Shown one piece after another: positions 17,148 to 27,939 of a DNA stretch of 28,309 nucleotides. The notes below the pieces were generated by a model. It was not told the DNA's origin. It did not search any database and saw nothing but the letters and a program-made list of their open reading frames with translations. The position numbers and the translations under genes were made by a program. This DNA comes from Emiliania huxleyi CCMP1516. Its lineage: Eukaryota. The stretch covers positions 333,904 through 362,212 of the forward strand of contig NW_005201154.1 in the NCBI RefSeq assembly GCF_000372725.1, read 5' to 3'. How positions within the stretch are numbered: the stretch's first letter is position 1; each line of letters opens with the position of its first letter.

Positions 17148-18339
17148 AAAGCAACCACGCCCTTCTACGCCAACTGGACGAAACGGCTACGTTCTTAGTG
17201 CTGGCGACGACGACACGCGGGGGACTGGGCGCTAGCCGCAGCTCCCCCGGGCCAACGGGGGCCTATCCCGGACCAGCCAGCAGGGGCATACAATTCCTGT
17301 ACCCCCCTACTGTGAATGTTCACAGCGAACTCCTATTCACACCTAGACACGAAGGCACCTCTCCACGTACCGGCTCCGCTGCTCTGCAGGCTCCGGATAG
17401 GCCCTGCCCACGGCTCAGTCACCCTTACCTCACTCGGGGTGCCAACACTAACTCAACCGCCGAGATCGACCCTATGCAGGCGACCAGGCGCAAACAGACC
17501 TCGGTCTGAGGCGCGCTACACCGCCTTCGGCACTCGCCCTCGCCCGCGAGCCCTCGGACGCGCCCCACCCGCGCCCTCACCAACCAAATTCCTCGCCCGA
17601 AGCAATCTGAGACCGCCAACACGGCGGATATCACGCGAGATCTAGTCAGAGCTGACACACAGCTCCGTTCACACCTCGCGACCAGAGGCGACTACCACCC
17701 TCGACAAATCCCCGGAACCCCACCATCGCTCGCCTACCCTCCGCGTACGGCGACACCCCAACATCGGCAGGAAAGATTCTCGCCACGACGGCGCTATAAC
17801 GCCGCCCCACCCACACAGACTGGACAGGCCTGCTCTCGGAGAGGGGGGCTAGGGGGCCAAATCCACGGCCACAACCCCCTAGAGGCAATGGAGCTGAGAG
17901 AAGGCGCTCGGCTGCAAGGGTAGCAGAGCACCACTCCTACGCCCACGCCCCCTCAAAGACGGCAGAAACAGTCACACGCAATTAGTACATGGCCCAGCTC
18001 GCGCCATCGCCCACACTCGAGCTTTGCAGCGCGCGGGCTCACACTCTACTATAGGCCCCCTCGACGCCCACTTCGAGTTCTACTCAGCTAAGGGCCGCAC
18101 TTGACGCTGTAAGCAGCGCGCGGCGAAGCAGTTTGGCGCTTGTGGTGAATCAAATGGGAATCTAGCCCAAGGTCGGAGAGTCGTGTCATAGGAGAGGAGA
18201 GAGTGTGGTGATGTTTTGTGCGGGATCAGGCCCGAGTCCCTAGTGTCGCCGGAGCAGGTAGCTCCCTTTTTCGTAACAGGAACAGTTTTTTTTACTCGCC
18301 GACGGGCGAGACCTCTCCTTCCTGCCGGCGGCGGTTCGC

Positions 18340-18912
18340 GGCTCGCCCCACCACGCCGACGGGCGCCTGCTCGTCATCAAGGTGCTCGGGACCTTCCTGG
18401 GCGACGCTGCTGAGGCCTCGCGCCGCCTCGTCGAGCGGGTGCGCCGTGCGCTGGCGCCGCTGGCGGGGCGGGAGGGCGTGTGCGGCCTACACGACACGCG
18501 GCGGTGCAACCTCGCGCTCCAGATTCAGATGACGCTCAATCGCTTCTGCGCGAACGCCTCCCTCAACTACTTCCTCCGCACGATGCCGGAGGAGGCGACG
18601 CGGGAGGCGGCACGGCTGCACGATCGGCTCATCGGCGAGGCGTTCAACGAGCTCACGGCGGGGCGCTTGAGCTCGACGGCGCAGCGCAGGGCGGCGCTGC
18701 AGCAGGCGCGGCTGCCAGTCAAGCTCGGCGGCGCCGGCCTCACCTCCATGTCGGCCGTCACCGACGCGGCGATCGTCGGCTCGTGGTGCCTCTGCTGGGA
18801 GCCTATCGCTCGCCTCTGCCCGCAGCTGGCGCGCGGCATCGACCTCGGCGCCGCCGCGGTGGCGGCGTCGGCGGTGGCGGCGGCGGAGGCGGCGGCGGGG
18901 CAGGCGGAGGCG
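18340..18912 (+). mobile_element. Fragment of a non-LTR retrotransposon ORF (end of RT and thumb region), CRE/SLACS-like
   Basis: IKVLGTFLG ... LNRFCANASLNYFLRTMP ... QARLPVKLGGAGLTS...DAAIVGSW matches the post-RT motifs of CRE-clade elements. No YxDD core or endonuclease is present, so it is truncated on both sides. Confidence 0.75.
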
Positions 18913-19637
18913 TGTGTTCATTGGGGGGGGTCATAACAAACACGGTACAGGATCGAGGTGCACGCTGCAGAAGCAGTGGTCGTCCCCCCTCTCCATCATC
19001 TCACTGGGAGACGTCGGCGGCGGCGGTGTGACCGTCTGACCGATCGAGCCACGAGAAAGAGCTTGTTCAGCAGGATCCGGTCAATCCGACGCACTACCGG
19101 GCCTTTCTTTCTCTTTACAGGGCACACGGGACTTCTCCCATCCCTCTCTCGGCCTACTGTACTGAGATTTCTTGCTTTAAGGGCACGGGACGCGCGGGCG
19201 CGCACTGGCACGAATACATGTGTACCTTAAGGTACATTACATCAAATGTTAATACACAAAGAAATAATACCGTTTGTATAGTCAACAGCTAGGTCCACAG
19301 TAGTTCCCACAACGTCAACGAGAATAATGCACAATCTAGCATCCCTGTCGCCATCGTCCGCACTGCCGTACCCCTGTTCATTTTTGAGACACGAGGGCGC
19401 AACTCCGAAGGGCGACGGGGGGAACGAACAAAAAGCGGCTATGGATGGGGGAAAGGCAGCGCCCCCCCGGCCGGGAAAGTTCCATGCAGCTCACCATCCT
19501 GCGGTGGAGCCGGCGGCCGATGACGACCGAGCAAAACGGGAGATTGGAGGCGAGATGCTCAGCGTCCCCACCTGGAAGCCTGCTCTCGAGGAGGTGCTTG
19601 CGGCTTCCGCACTCCTTGCGTCCGAGGAGCGCATGTT

Positions 19638-20294
19638 TTACGAGTACTGACAGCACTCATCGACATCCATATCGGTGCACATAGAGCTTGCGCACCAAAG
19701 ATCATCCGCGTTGGGCTTGAGCTCCAAACCTGTTGGGCAGGAGTAACTCGCGCAGGTGCCTTCGAACGCACAGAATGTGTTGTAGTCGAAGAGCTGCGCG
19801 GCGTTCTCTCTGAGGCGTGACCCAGACGGGCATGCCAGGGTGGGTGGCGGGCCGTCGAACACGCAGCATGTGTTGTAGTCTGTATCGATGCACGCCACAT
19901 CGTCGCAGAAGAGCTGCGCGGCGTTCTCTCTGAGGCGATACCCAGACGGGCATGCCATCGTGTTGCACAGCGCGGCGGACACGCAGCATGTGTTGTAGTT
20001 TGTATTGATGCACGCCACATCGTCGCAGAAGAGCTGCGCGGCGTTCTCCCTGTGGAGATACCCAGACGGGCATACAAACGTGTTGCACGTCCCTTGTGTG
20101 ACGCAACTGCATCCGTTCACGAGTGCGCGGCCACGTTGGAGAGCGTCCGGGTCTTTGATGTTGTCGTGTGCGGTGTCGATCTTGGTTGAATTTTTCGATA
20201 GGATTTTGCGGACGTCGGAGCTGGTTCCGGCACTCTGGACGGGCGCCCCGATGGTGGCGGCGACGGCAAAGGCGACCAGCGAGACGCGAAGCAT
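19638..20294 (-). CDS. Secreted cysteine-rich repeat protein (218 aa)
   Basis: ATG at 20294 with signal peptide MLRVSLVAFAVAATIGA; four ~40-aa repeats C-x4-CPxGY-x9-C-x4-C-x7-CC (third degenerate); 120-bp DNA tandem repeat. Confidence 0.82.
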   Translation of the reverse strand: MLRVSLVAFAVAATIGAPVQSAGTSSDVRKILSKNSTKIDTAHDNIKDPDALQRGRALVNGCSCVTQGTCNTFVCPSGYLHRENAAQLFCDDVACINTNYNTCCVSAALCNTMACPSGYRLRENAAQLFCDDVACIDTDYNTCCVFDGPPPTLACPSGSRLRENAAQLFDYNTFCAFEGTCASYSCPTGLELKPNADDLWCASSMCTDMDVDECCQYS

Positions 20295-20574
20295 GCTGCG
20301 GCGGGAGTGAGCGCGGGGCGACGGTTGGCGAGTGGGACGGGGGAGAAGATGTAGAGGCGCGCAGGAGCGGAACGCTGGCAGGGGCACGGCGGCACACATG
20401 GATGGAAGTCTGGCCTTGCTCTCGGTCGGATTGCCTTGCTCTCGGTCGGAGTGTGACCCGGATGTCACGCCCCGCCTAAGGTGGTGTGGGTGTGGGTGGC
20501 ATGCACATGCACATGCACATGTGCATGTCATGCACGTGCATGCTGGTTTTGTTGCTTAATTTTTTCTTATGTCT

Positions 20575-20598
20575 GAGAGAGAGAGAGTAGAGAGAGAG

Positions 20599-20681
<83 letters not shown>
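20575..20681. repeat. (GA)n microsatellite
   Basis: Direct inspection; lies between two divergent genes. Confidence 0.95.
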
Positions 20682-20682
<1 letters not shown>

Positions 20683-20717
20683 AATCCTTAAATGGTTACC
20701 CGTGAATTCTCGGTCGC

Positions 20718-22433
20718 ATGGTCGCTGTCTTCCTGACGACGGCCCTCGTCGGCCCTCTTCATCGGCCGCCGCTGCTCGCTTCGCCTGGCCTCGCGCCGCG
20801 CGGCTGCTGCGTGCGTGCGTGTGCTGCGCCCGCCGAGCCCTCCCTCCTCCGGCGTGGCGCTTCGCTCGGCGGCATCGTGCTCGCCGGCGCTGCTCAAGCG
20901 CGGCTTTGTGCGGCGCGGGGTAGCTTTCCCCTCGTCCCTCGCCGGGTCGGTGATGCTCTTTGCCAGCCTCTGCTCCCTGCGTGCAATCTCGCCGCCGCTC
21001 GCGCGCGGCGTCGCCCGCGCCGCCCGTCCGGGCTGCGCCATCATCGCCAAGTGGCTGCCGCTCTTCTTCGTCCCAAACCTCGTCCTCCTCCCGCTGGTCC
21101 TGCGCCTCGGCGCGGGAGACGCCGCCCGCCTCGCGCTCCTCATCGGCGGCGGCGCCGTCCTCTCTCTCCCCGCCTGCGGCTTCGCTGCCCGCACCGCACT
21201 CGCCGCCAGCGAGTCGCTCCCCAAACGGCAGCGCCTCTCCGAGCGGCTGAATGTCGGCATGTACGAGCCGCCCGCCTCGGACCGTGTCGCGTCCGCCGCC
21301 GCCGCCGCCGCCGAAGCCGCCTCTCCGGTGACCGGAGTCGGCCTCTTCGCCGACGGCGATGAGGATGCCGACGCGAGCGAGGCGGTGGCTGCGGCGAACG
21401 CACCGCCGCCGCCGCCGCCGCCGCGGCCGCCGTTCGCGGCAGCGCTTCTGCCACGGCTGGCCTCGGCCGCGCTGGCGAGTGGCGCGGCGTCGGCGCTCGC
21501 TGCCCAAGGCCTCGGCGCCCCGGCCGCCGCGGAGATGCTCCGCGACGCATCTCTGCTGACGACGACCGCCGGCGGGTTTGTCGCCGGCTCCACCCTCGTC
21601 CCCAAGCGAGCTCAGAAGCTGCTCCACCCGCTGCTCACCTGCACGCTGTGCACGCACGCCGCCGTCGCGGCGCTCGCTCTCGCCACCGCCCAGCCCTTCT
21701 CCGTCCTCCTCCGCTCCTACCTCCTTCCCGGCGCCGCCCCGCTCGCTGCGCCGGGCAGCAGCCGCCGCCGCGAAGTGAGGGCTGCGTGAACGGCGCCTCC
21801 CTCACAGTCCGATGGCGCGAACAGGCAACCTGCTGCTCGCGATGCTCGGACCGGCGACGCTCTCGTTTGGCTTCTCCATGTACGAGAAGCGCCGACTTCT
21901 CGCCGCCTCGCTGCCAGCCGTCACCGCCGCCACCGCCGTCGCCGCCACCGGAGGTCTCTTCGGGTCGGCTGCGGCGGCGCGAGCGCTCGGGCTCGACGCG
22001 GCGCTGCGGGCGGCTGCGATCCCGAGGCAGGTGACGGCGCCGCTCGCCATTGCAATCTCCGGCTTGGTTGGCGCCGACCCGGGCATCGCTTGCACGATCG
22101 TCGTCCTCACCGGCCTTGCAGTCGCCAACTTTGGCCACCGCCCGCTCGACGCTTCACGGCGGAGGTGCGAAGAGGCGCCGCTCACGGAGGCACGTCGTGT
22201 GGGTAGGCCTCGCGCTGCTCGACGCGGTCGGCGTGACCGCGCCCGTGGCGCGCGGGCTGGCGATGGGCGCCGCGGGCCACGGCATCGGCACCGCCGCCAC
22301 CGCCGCAGAGCCGGCCGCCTTCCCGTTCGCCGCGATCGCGATGGTCCTCAACGCGGTGGCGTCGACCGTGCTCGCCTCGATCCCGCCCGTCCGCAAGGCG
22401 CTGCTCTCCGCCGCCGGCTTGCCCGCCGCGTGA
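20718..22433 (+). CDS. LrgA/LrgB-fusion membrane transporter, PLGG1-like (plastid glycolate/glycerate translocator family); two GC-AG introns and an apparent frameshift near 20887
   Basis: LrgA part: FPSSLAG, KWLPLFFVPNLVLLP. LrgB part: LLHPLLTC, PGNLLLAMLGPATLSFGFSMYEKRRLL, PRQVTAPLAIAI, VVLTGL.VANFG, ARGLAMGAAGHGIGTAA. Introns 21755-21824 and 22134-22206 restore the frame. Hydrophobic, then Arg/Pro-rich N-terminus suggests a targeting presequence. Confidence 0.85.
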
Positions 22434-22701
22434 CGCCCTCCTGCGGTGCACGCGCCGGGCGCCGAGAGGGCGGAGGGCCGCTCCTGCGCGTCCCCTGGCC
22501 TCCCTCCGCCTCACCGTACGCGAGAGAGAGAACACTAGAGAGCTAGAGTCTACAGGCGAGAGAGCGTGACGCAAACCGTCTCTGGCCATGGTCGACATGC
22601 GCATGTGACACATCGCGGGCTGGAGTATGTATGTGTATGCATGTATGCGAGTGGTGCCCACCACGGCGCTGGAAATCAACGGCGTGAACACTTCCCTGGG
22701 A

Positions 22702-22754
22702 CCCTGTGTTGCGTGACTGTCTCTGTGCGATTTCGGGCCCGGGGTTGTGCGTTT
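22702..22754. repeat. Dispersed ~53 bp repeat B, copy 2 (inverted relative to copy 1)
   Basis: 49/53 identical to the reverse complement of 7361-7413. Confidence 0.85.
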
Positions 22755-22989
22755 ATGTGGAGGACGAGCGGCCGACAAGCCTTTGGTACATGCTCTCGTC
22801 CCTGGCCCGCGCCACGCGCGCGCTGCCTGTTCGGCACGCTCGCGGACTGGCGGGTCGTGTCGAGAGCTTGAGCAGGCGATAAACGGCGGTGTCTCTCAAG
22901 GCGCGTTTCTCTCGTGAGGCGCGCGTGCGCGGGGCGGCGGGCGGCGTCGGTGGTGGCGGCGGTGGCGGGGATGCTGAGATCCGCGCCGC

Positions 22990-22990
<1 letters not shown>

Positions 22991-23038
<48 letters not shown>
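22991..23038. repeat. 9-bp tandem repeat (GAGGGCGGC)5
   Basis: Direct inspection. Confidence 0.85.
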
Positions 23039-23199
23039 CGGAGGGCGGGGAGGCGGGCGGCGCCACTCTAGGCGGCGGGGGCGGGGCTGGCGCGGCGGGG
23101 GGCGGCGCCGGCCTCGCCGCCGGCGGGGGCGCGGAGGGCGCCGAGTCGAGGGCGGCAGAGGCGGCCAAGGCAGCGGTGGGCCGCGGGCTGCGCGGCGAC

Positions 23200-23670
23200 G
23201 AGGCAGGTCATTGACCTCCCCGCCCCCCCGCTTGTCCACCCGGCGTGAGGGGCGGGAGCGCAGCCATTCCAACGGCTGGGAAAGCTTCTGAACGGCCGTG
23301 CATGCGCCTGCATGCCGGCTTACTAAGAAGGTCCCTCGCTCCCGCCCCTCTCCCGGAAGACGCGCGCCGGCCTGGGGGACTCGCTTGCGATCCCGCTCCA
23401 GCCAGAGGCCGCGTGAGGCGTGTGGGACGGTGCACGCTGGGGCTCGGCCCCAAGTGCGCTGGCCTCGCGTCTCGAGGGGAGGGCGGCTCGTAACTGAGGT
23501 CCGCCTGCGGAGACAGTCGTCCTCCCCTCCCTCCGACGTCCTCTACGAGGGGGGGACTCCGAACGGCCGAGCATGCCCTCGCATGCCGGACAACTAGGTA
23601 GGTCATAGACCTCCCCCCCTCTCCGAGGGCAGAGGCTGCCGCCTCTCGGATACTCGGCCATTCCAACGGC
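23200..23670. repeat. Diverged modular direct repeats
   Basis: Three motifs each occur twice: aggYaggtcatWgacctccc (23201, 23597), gccattccaacggc (23263, 23657), gaacggccgWgcatgc....gcatgccgg (23291, 23561). Confidence 0.65.
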
Positions 23671-25359
23671 CAGGCCGCTCGCTTAAGGCTGATTGGCTAG
23701 ACGAGCGGCCTACCTCCACGGGGCTGTTGGCGCGCAGGGGGAGGTGTCATCGTGTGAAGATCACGCTCCCGGGACGCCGGAGAGATCGGGTTGGTCTCCC
23801 CCGCCTTCAGCCCTGACCCGACGGGGACGCCACCACCCTCGCCCAGGGATCTACAATGCTGTCTTAAGGTCCGACAGGTTCGGCACCGGGCACCGCCTCG
23901 GTATACAAAATGCGCCTGCGGGCGGACCCTCACAGATCACAGATCACAGGTACACCACGGGAGCCGCCTAAGCGAGGACGGTGAGGCACTCCAGTGTCGT
24001 GGCTCGTGCGAAAAAAGAAAGAAAAGGATGCCGATCATCTGGCCCGCTGGGTGCGCGCTTCTTAGCTCCCCGGCCCTGGGGATGTGAGGACTGAGGTTAA
24101 TGACTGCAGTCGTTGCACTCCAAGTGCTCCCGAAGAGGACGACAAGAGCGCCGACACCCGGATCCTCAGGCCAAATGATACATGCAAAACCCCTCTCTCC
24201 CTTCCACTCTACACTATGGCCCGGAGCCAGGGGTCCACGCCCAATGCACATGCCCCGCGCGCGCTTGATCGCACGCGCTCTCCCGCCGCCCTCTCTCCGG
24301 CCGCCGCAGCCCACGGACTAGCCCGCGGAATCTACACCCTGGCGAGAGGCTTGACACGATCCGACCCTGCGACCCTGACGCTGCTGCTCTAGCTATCAGA
24401 CATGCACTGCTGACTGCTGCCACAATGTGCGACCTGTGCTGGCCCACTTGGCGGCCTTCCCGGTCGGTGGTGAGGCGCAGTTCAGAGCTGTCGATGGCGC
24501 GATGCCGCACTGGTCCCACATTGGTGACACGAGACCACCAAGTTTGCCGGTCCAAGAGAGAGGTACCGGCGCTGTCCTGAGAAGGTGCGTGGTCCCTCTT
24601 GACTGCCCATGCGCGCGAGGCTGCGTAGGCATAGCCTCGAGAGTGCCAGCAGCCAATCCGAGGCGACGCGCATTGATTGCGCCAGAAGCGTGCACACGTT
24701 GGAAGGACACCTTCCTACAGACCGTACGATCAGGTCGTCACTGAATGCTTGATACTAAGGCCGCGAGCTATGCAGGTGATCAATTGTGCAGCAGGGCATG
24801 GTCAGCAGCGCCGACAGGCTGTCGCAAGGCGTGAACCGTGATAGCATGGCCGCACACCGCCGAATTCCCATGAACAAGTAAAAAATCGCGCGAAAAAAGA
24901 AAAAAATCTCGAAAAATCGGCGCCTGCGGCGGGCCGTGGGACCCCATCTCCCCCCCGCATGGGTACCCTCTAGGGCCCCCGCGCCCCCCCAGAGCACCAT
25001 ATCCCTTTCTACCCCCCTTTCTCTCGCTCATTTCTCTCATCCTAGTTCCTACGTCAGTACTACGGTCTACGGACTACACGCTACTAGTACCGTAGTTAGT
25101 AGTAGTACTGGTTTTACCCCCTGGTCTAGGTCTTCTTGACATTTTTTCGCTCTCCAGCCCTGTGCGGCGTGCGGCGGGTGTCTTCATGCACACGCACAGT
25201 AGAGGAGGGCTACGAAGCCTTCACACACTCCAAGGGGTTGGTCCACATACAATGTGTGCTCTCTCGGCTCAAACGTCTCAAAGCCTCCGCACTCAGAGAC
25301 ATAGGCTGAGCCCCCTGCTCTTGTGCACCCCCCTCCCCGCCCCGCCCCCCTTCCCCTCT

Positions 25360-27939
25360 TCACCACGCCTCCTCGGCCGCGGAGTAGATGGGCAGCCTCG
25401 ACCGCCCGACCTCCTCCGGCGCCGTGTAGACCGACCCGTCCGCCAGCCGGTGCATCCTTGCGAGCCTGCCGGGGGAAGGCTCCAAGAAGGGTCGAGGAAG
25501 GGTCGAGGAAGGGTCGAGGAGATGTCTCGGAGATGTCTAGGGGATGTCGAGGAGAGGTCGAGGAGAGGACTAGGGAGGTCTAGGAGAGGTCGAGGAGAGG
25601 TCGAAGAGAGGACAGAGGGGAGGCCGGGGAGAGGTGGAGGAGAGGTCTAGGCCAGCCGGCTAGCCCCTCGCCTGTCGTGCAGCTGCTGCAGCAGCGCGCG
25701 CTGCTCGCGCCGCGCCTCCGCGTCGATCGAGAGCTCGAGCGAGCGCGAGGCGCGCTCGCGCAAGGCGAGGCCAGCCTCCTCCCTCGCCAACTCGCCGTGC
25801 AGCATCTCCAGCTGGTCCGCATAGAAGGTGTCGAGAGCCTCGTGACGGCGCCGCCGCGCCGCCGCCGCCGCCCGCCGCGCCTCCTCGCGCGTGGAGTGCT
25901 CAAGCCGCAGCCGCTCCTTCTCCGCCGCCAGCGCCTGCGCGCTCAGCCGGCGATACTCGAGGTCGTCGTGCGCCTAGTCTCGCAGAGAGGAGGTCAGCTC
26001 TCCCCCATGTCTCCCCGTATCTCGCACTCGAGGTGGTCGTGCGCCCAGACGGCAGGTGAGGAAGGGCCGGAGGGGGTCTGCAATTAAGCGGGTGCTCGAG
26101 ATACGGGGAGATACGGGGAGATACGGGGAGATATGGCCTCGAGGACCGCCGGCTGAGCGCGCGAGCGAGAGACGGGGAGATGTGGGGAGATACAAGCGGG
26201 AGCTCGAGAGCGTCGCGCGCGCCTCCACACGCGCCGCACGCGCTCGCCGTGCCCGCACCAGCTCCTCCCTCACCCTCTCCCGCCGCAGCGCGTGCACGCG
26301 CTCGCTCCACTCCGCATTCCGCTCCGCGCTCCTCCCGATCGCAACCTGCCGCCGCTCCGCCCGCCGCAGCCCCGCTGCCTGCTGCCTCACTATCGACGCC
26401 TTGGGACCCCCGAGCCTACGTGCTGGATACACCAGCCTCGGGGCGGGAGGACGGGTCTCGTGCAGTGTCTTCAGAGCACCGCGTGAATACGAGGGAGGCG
26501 AATGCAGGCAATACGGCCGCCCTTTCCANNNNNNNNNNNNNNNNNNNNNNNNNNNNNNNNNNNNNNNNNNNNNNNNNNNNNNNNNNNNNNNNNNNNNNNN
26601 NNNNNNNNNNNNNNNNNNNNNNNNNNNNNNNNNNNNNNNNNNNNNNNNNNNNNNNNNNNNNNNNNNNNNNNNNNNNNNNNNNNNNNNNNNNNNNNNNNNN
26701 NNNNNNNNNNNNNNNNNNNNNNNNNNNNNNNNNNNNNNNNNNNNNNNNNNNNNNNNNNNNNNNNNNNNNNNNNNNNNNNNNNNNNNNNNNNNNNNNNNNN
26801 NNNNNNNNNNNNNNNNNNNNNNNNNNNNNNNNNNNNNNNNNNNNNNNNNNNNNNNNNNNNNNNNCAAGAAAAGGGGGGGGGGGGGGGGGGGCATCAACTG
26901 CTGCTCCGCTCGAGCGAGTGTGAGCTCCGCGGCTCTTCCTGCAGCTGCTGCAGCAGCGCCGACGGCGTCTTGAAGTGCAAAGGCCTCTCCTCCTCCGCCT
27001 CCCTCGCCCGGCCATCCCCCCGCGCCGCGCTGGGCCGCCGCCGCGCCGCCGCCGCAACGTCCCCGCGCCACGCCGGTGCAACAACTACAGCCGCACGCGC
27101 AGCGGGGAGAGGGAACCACCCCCGATGCAGCCGAGGTGCAGCCGAGGTGCAGCCGAGGTGCAGCCGAGGTGCAGCCGAGGTGCGGCCGAGGTGCGGCCGA
27201 GGTGCGGCCGAGGTGCGGCCGAGGCGCGGCCGAGGTGGGGACGTCGCACACCGTCCCCGCGCCACGCCGGCGCTGCGGCGCTGCGGCGCACCTCTGCAGC
27301 GGACAGCGCCTTGCGCGGAGGCGCTGTGGCGGGGCGGGCAGAGGCGGAGGCGACGGAGGCGGCGGCGGCGGCGGAGGAGGAGAAGGAGGAGGCCATGGAG
27401 AGGCCCTCACGTGCCGCGGACGTCTCGTGCCCGCAGCACCCTCCGCCGTACGATGCATCACGGTGGCCCCCGTAGCCGCGCTCGCAGCCCATGTCACTGT
27501 ACCCTCCGCCGCACCCTCCGCCGCACCCTCCGCCGTACCCTCCGTCTTCGAGGCGGCCCTCATCCGGCGAACTGTGGTGGTGCGGAGGGAGGGCGTCTTC
27601 GTCGGCGAGGAGGATGCCGCACAGCTCGGAGAAGATCTCGGCGAGGTTGCACAGCGGCGCGAGCTCTCCCGCGGCGAGCTGCGTCGGCGAGAGATGGGAG
27701 AGGTCCATGCCGAGGACGTCGTCGCCGATGGCCCGCAGCAGCACCTCGTAGTTCGCGGCGTGCTCCTGCTCGCCCACCGGCGCGGCCTGCACGCCCGGAA
27801 GGGTCCGCGCAAACAGCTTCTTGAAGAGAAGGAGGAAGAGAGACGAGTTGGCGTCGCGGAGCGAGAAGATGGTATCGTCGAGACCGGCCGCGTTGAGCAC
27901 CGCGTTGATGCGGTCGAGCGCGATCTGGGTCGTCGACAT
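25360..27939 (-). CDS. CEP95: CEP95 (CCDC45)-like centrosomal protein; multi-exon, spans an assembly gap
   Basis: N-terminal ANSSLFLLLFKKLF...EHAANYEVLLRAIGDDVLGMDLSHLSP.QL..GE...L.NL.EIF resembles the CEP95 N-terminal domain; C-terminal EALDTFYADQLEMLHGELARE...RERA...LLQQLHD resembles its C-terminal coiled coil. Predicted introns 27251-27085, 26222-25974, 25671-25466; stop TGA at 25362-25360. Confidence 0.75.
25489..25650 (-). repeat. Intronic ~11-bp degenerate tandem repeat (sense strand CCTCGACCTCT-like)
   Basis: Direct inspection; inside predicted GC-AG intron 25671-25466. Confidence 0.8.
27126..27237 (-). repeat. Intronic 11-bp tandem repeat (sense strand ACCTCGGCYGC)n
   Basis: Direct inspection; inside predicted intron 27251-27085. 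Confidence 0.9.

Noticed and set aside
19327..19650. 107-aa plus-strand ORF
   Set aside because: No recognisable domain; overlaps the 3' end of the Cys-rich gene; may be a fragment but cannot be supported.
22870..24900. Protein-coding genes among the many short ORFs
   Set aside because: No motif, consistent codon pattern or splice-consistent model found by eye.
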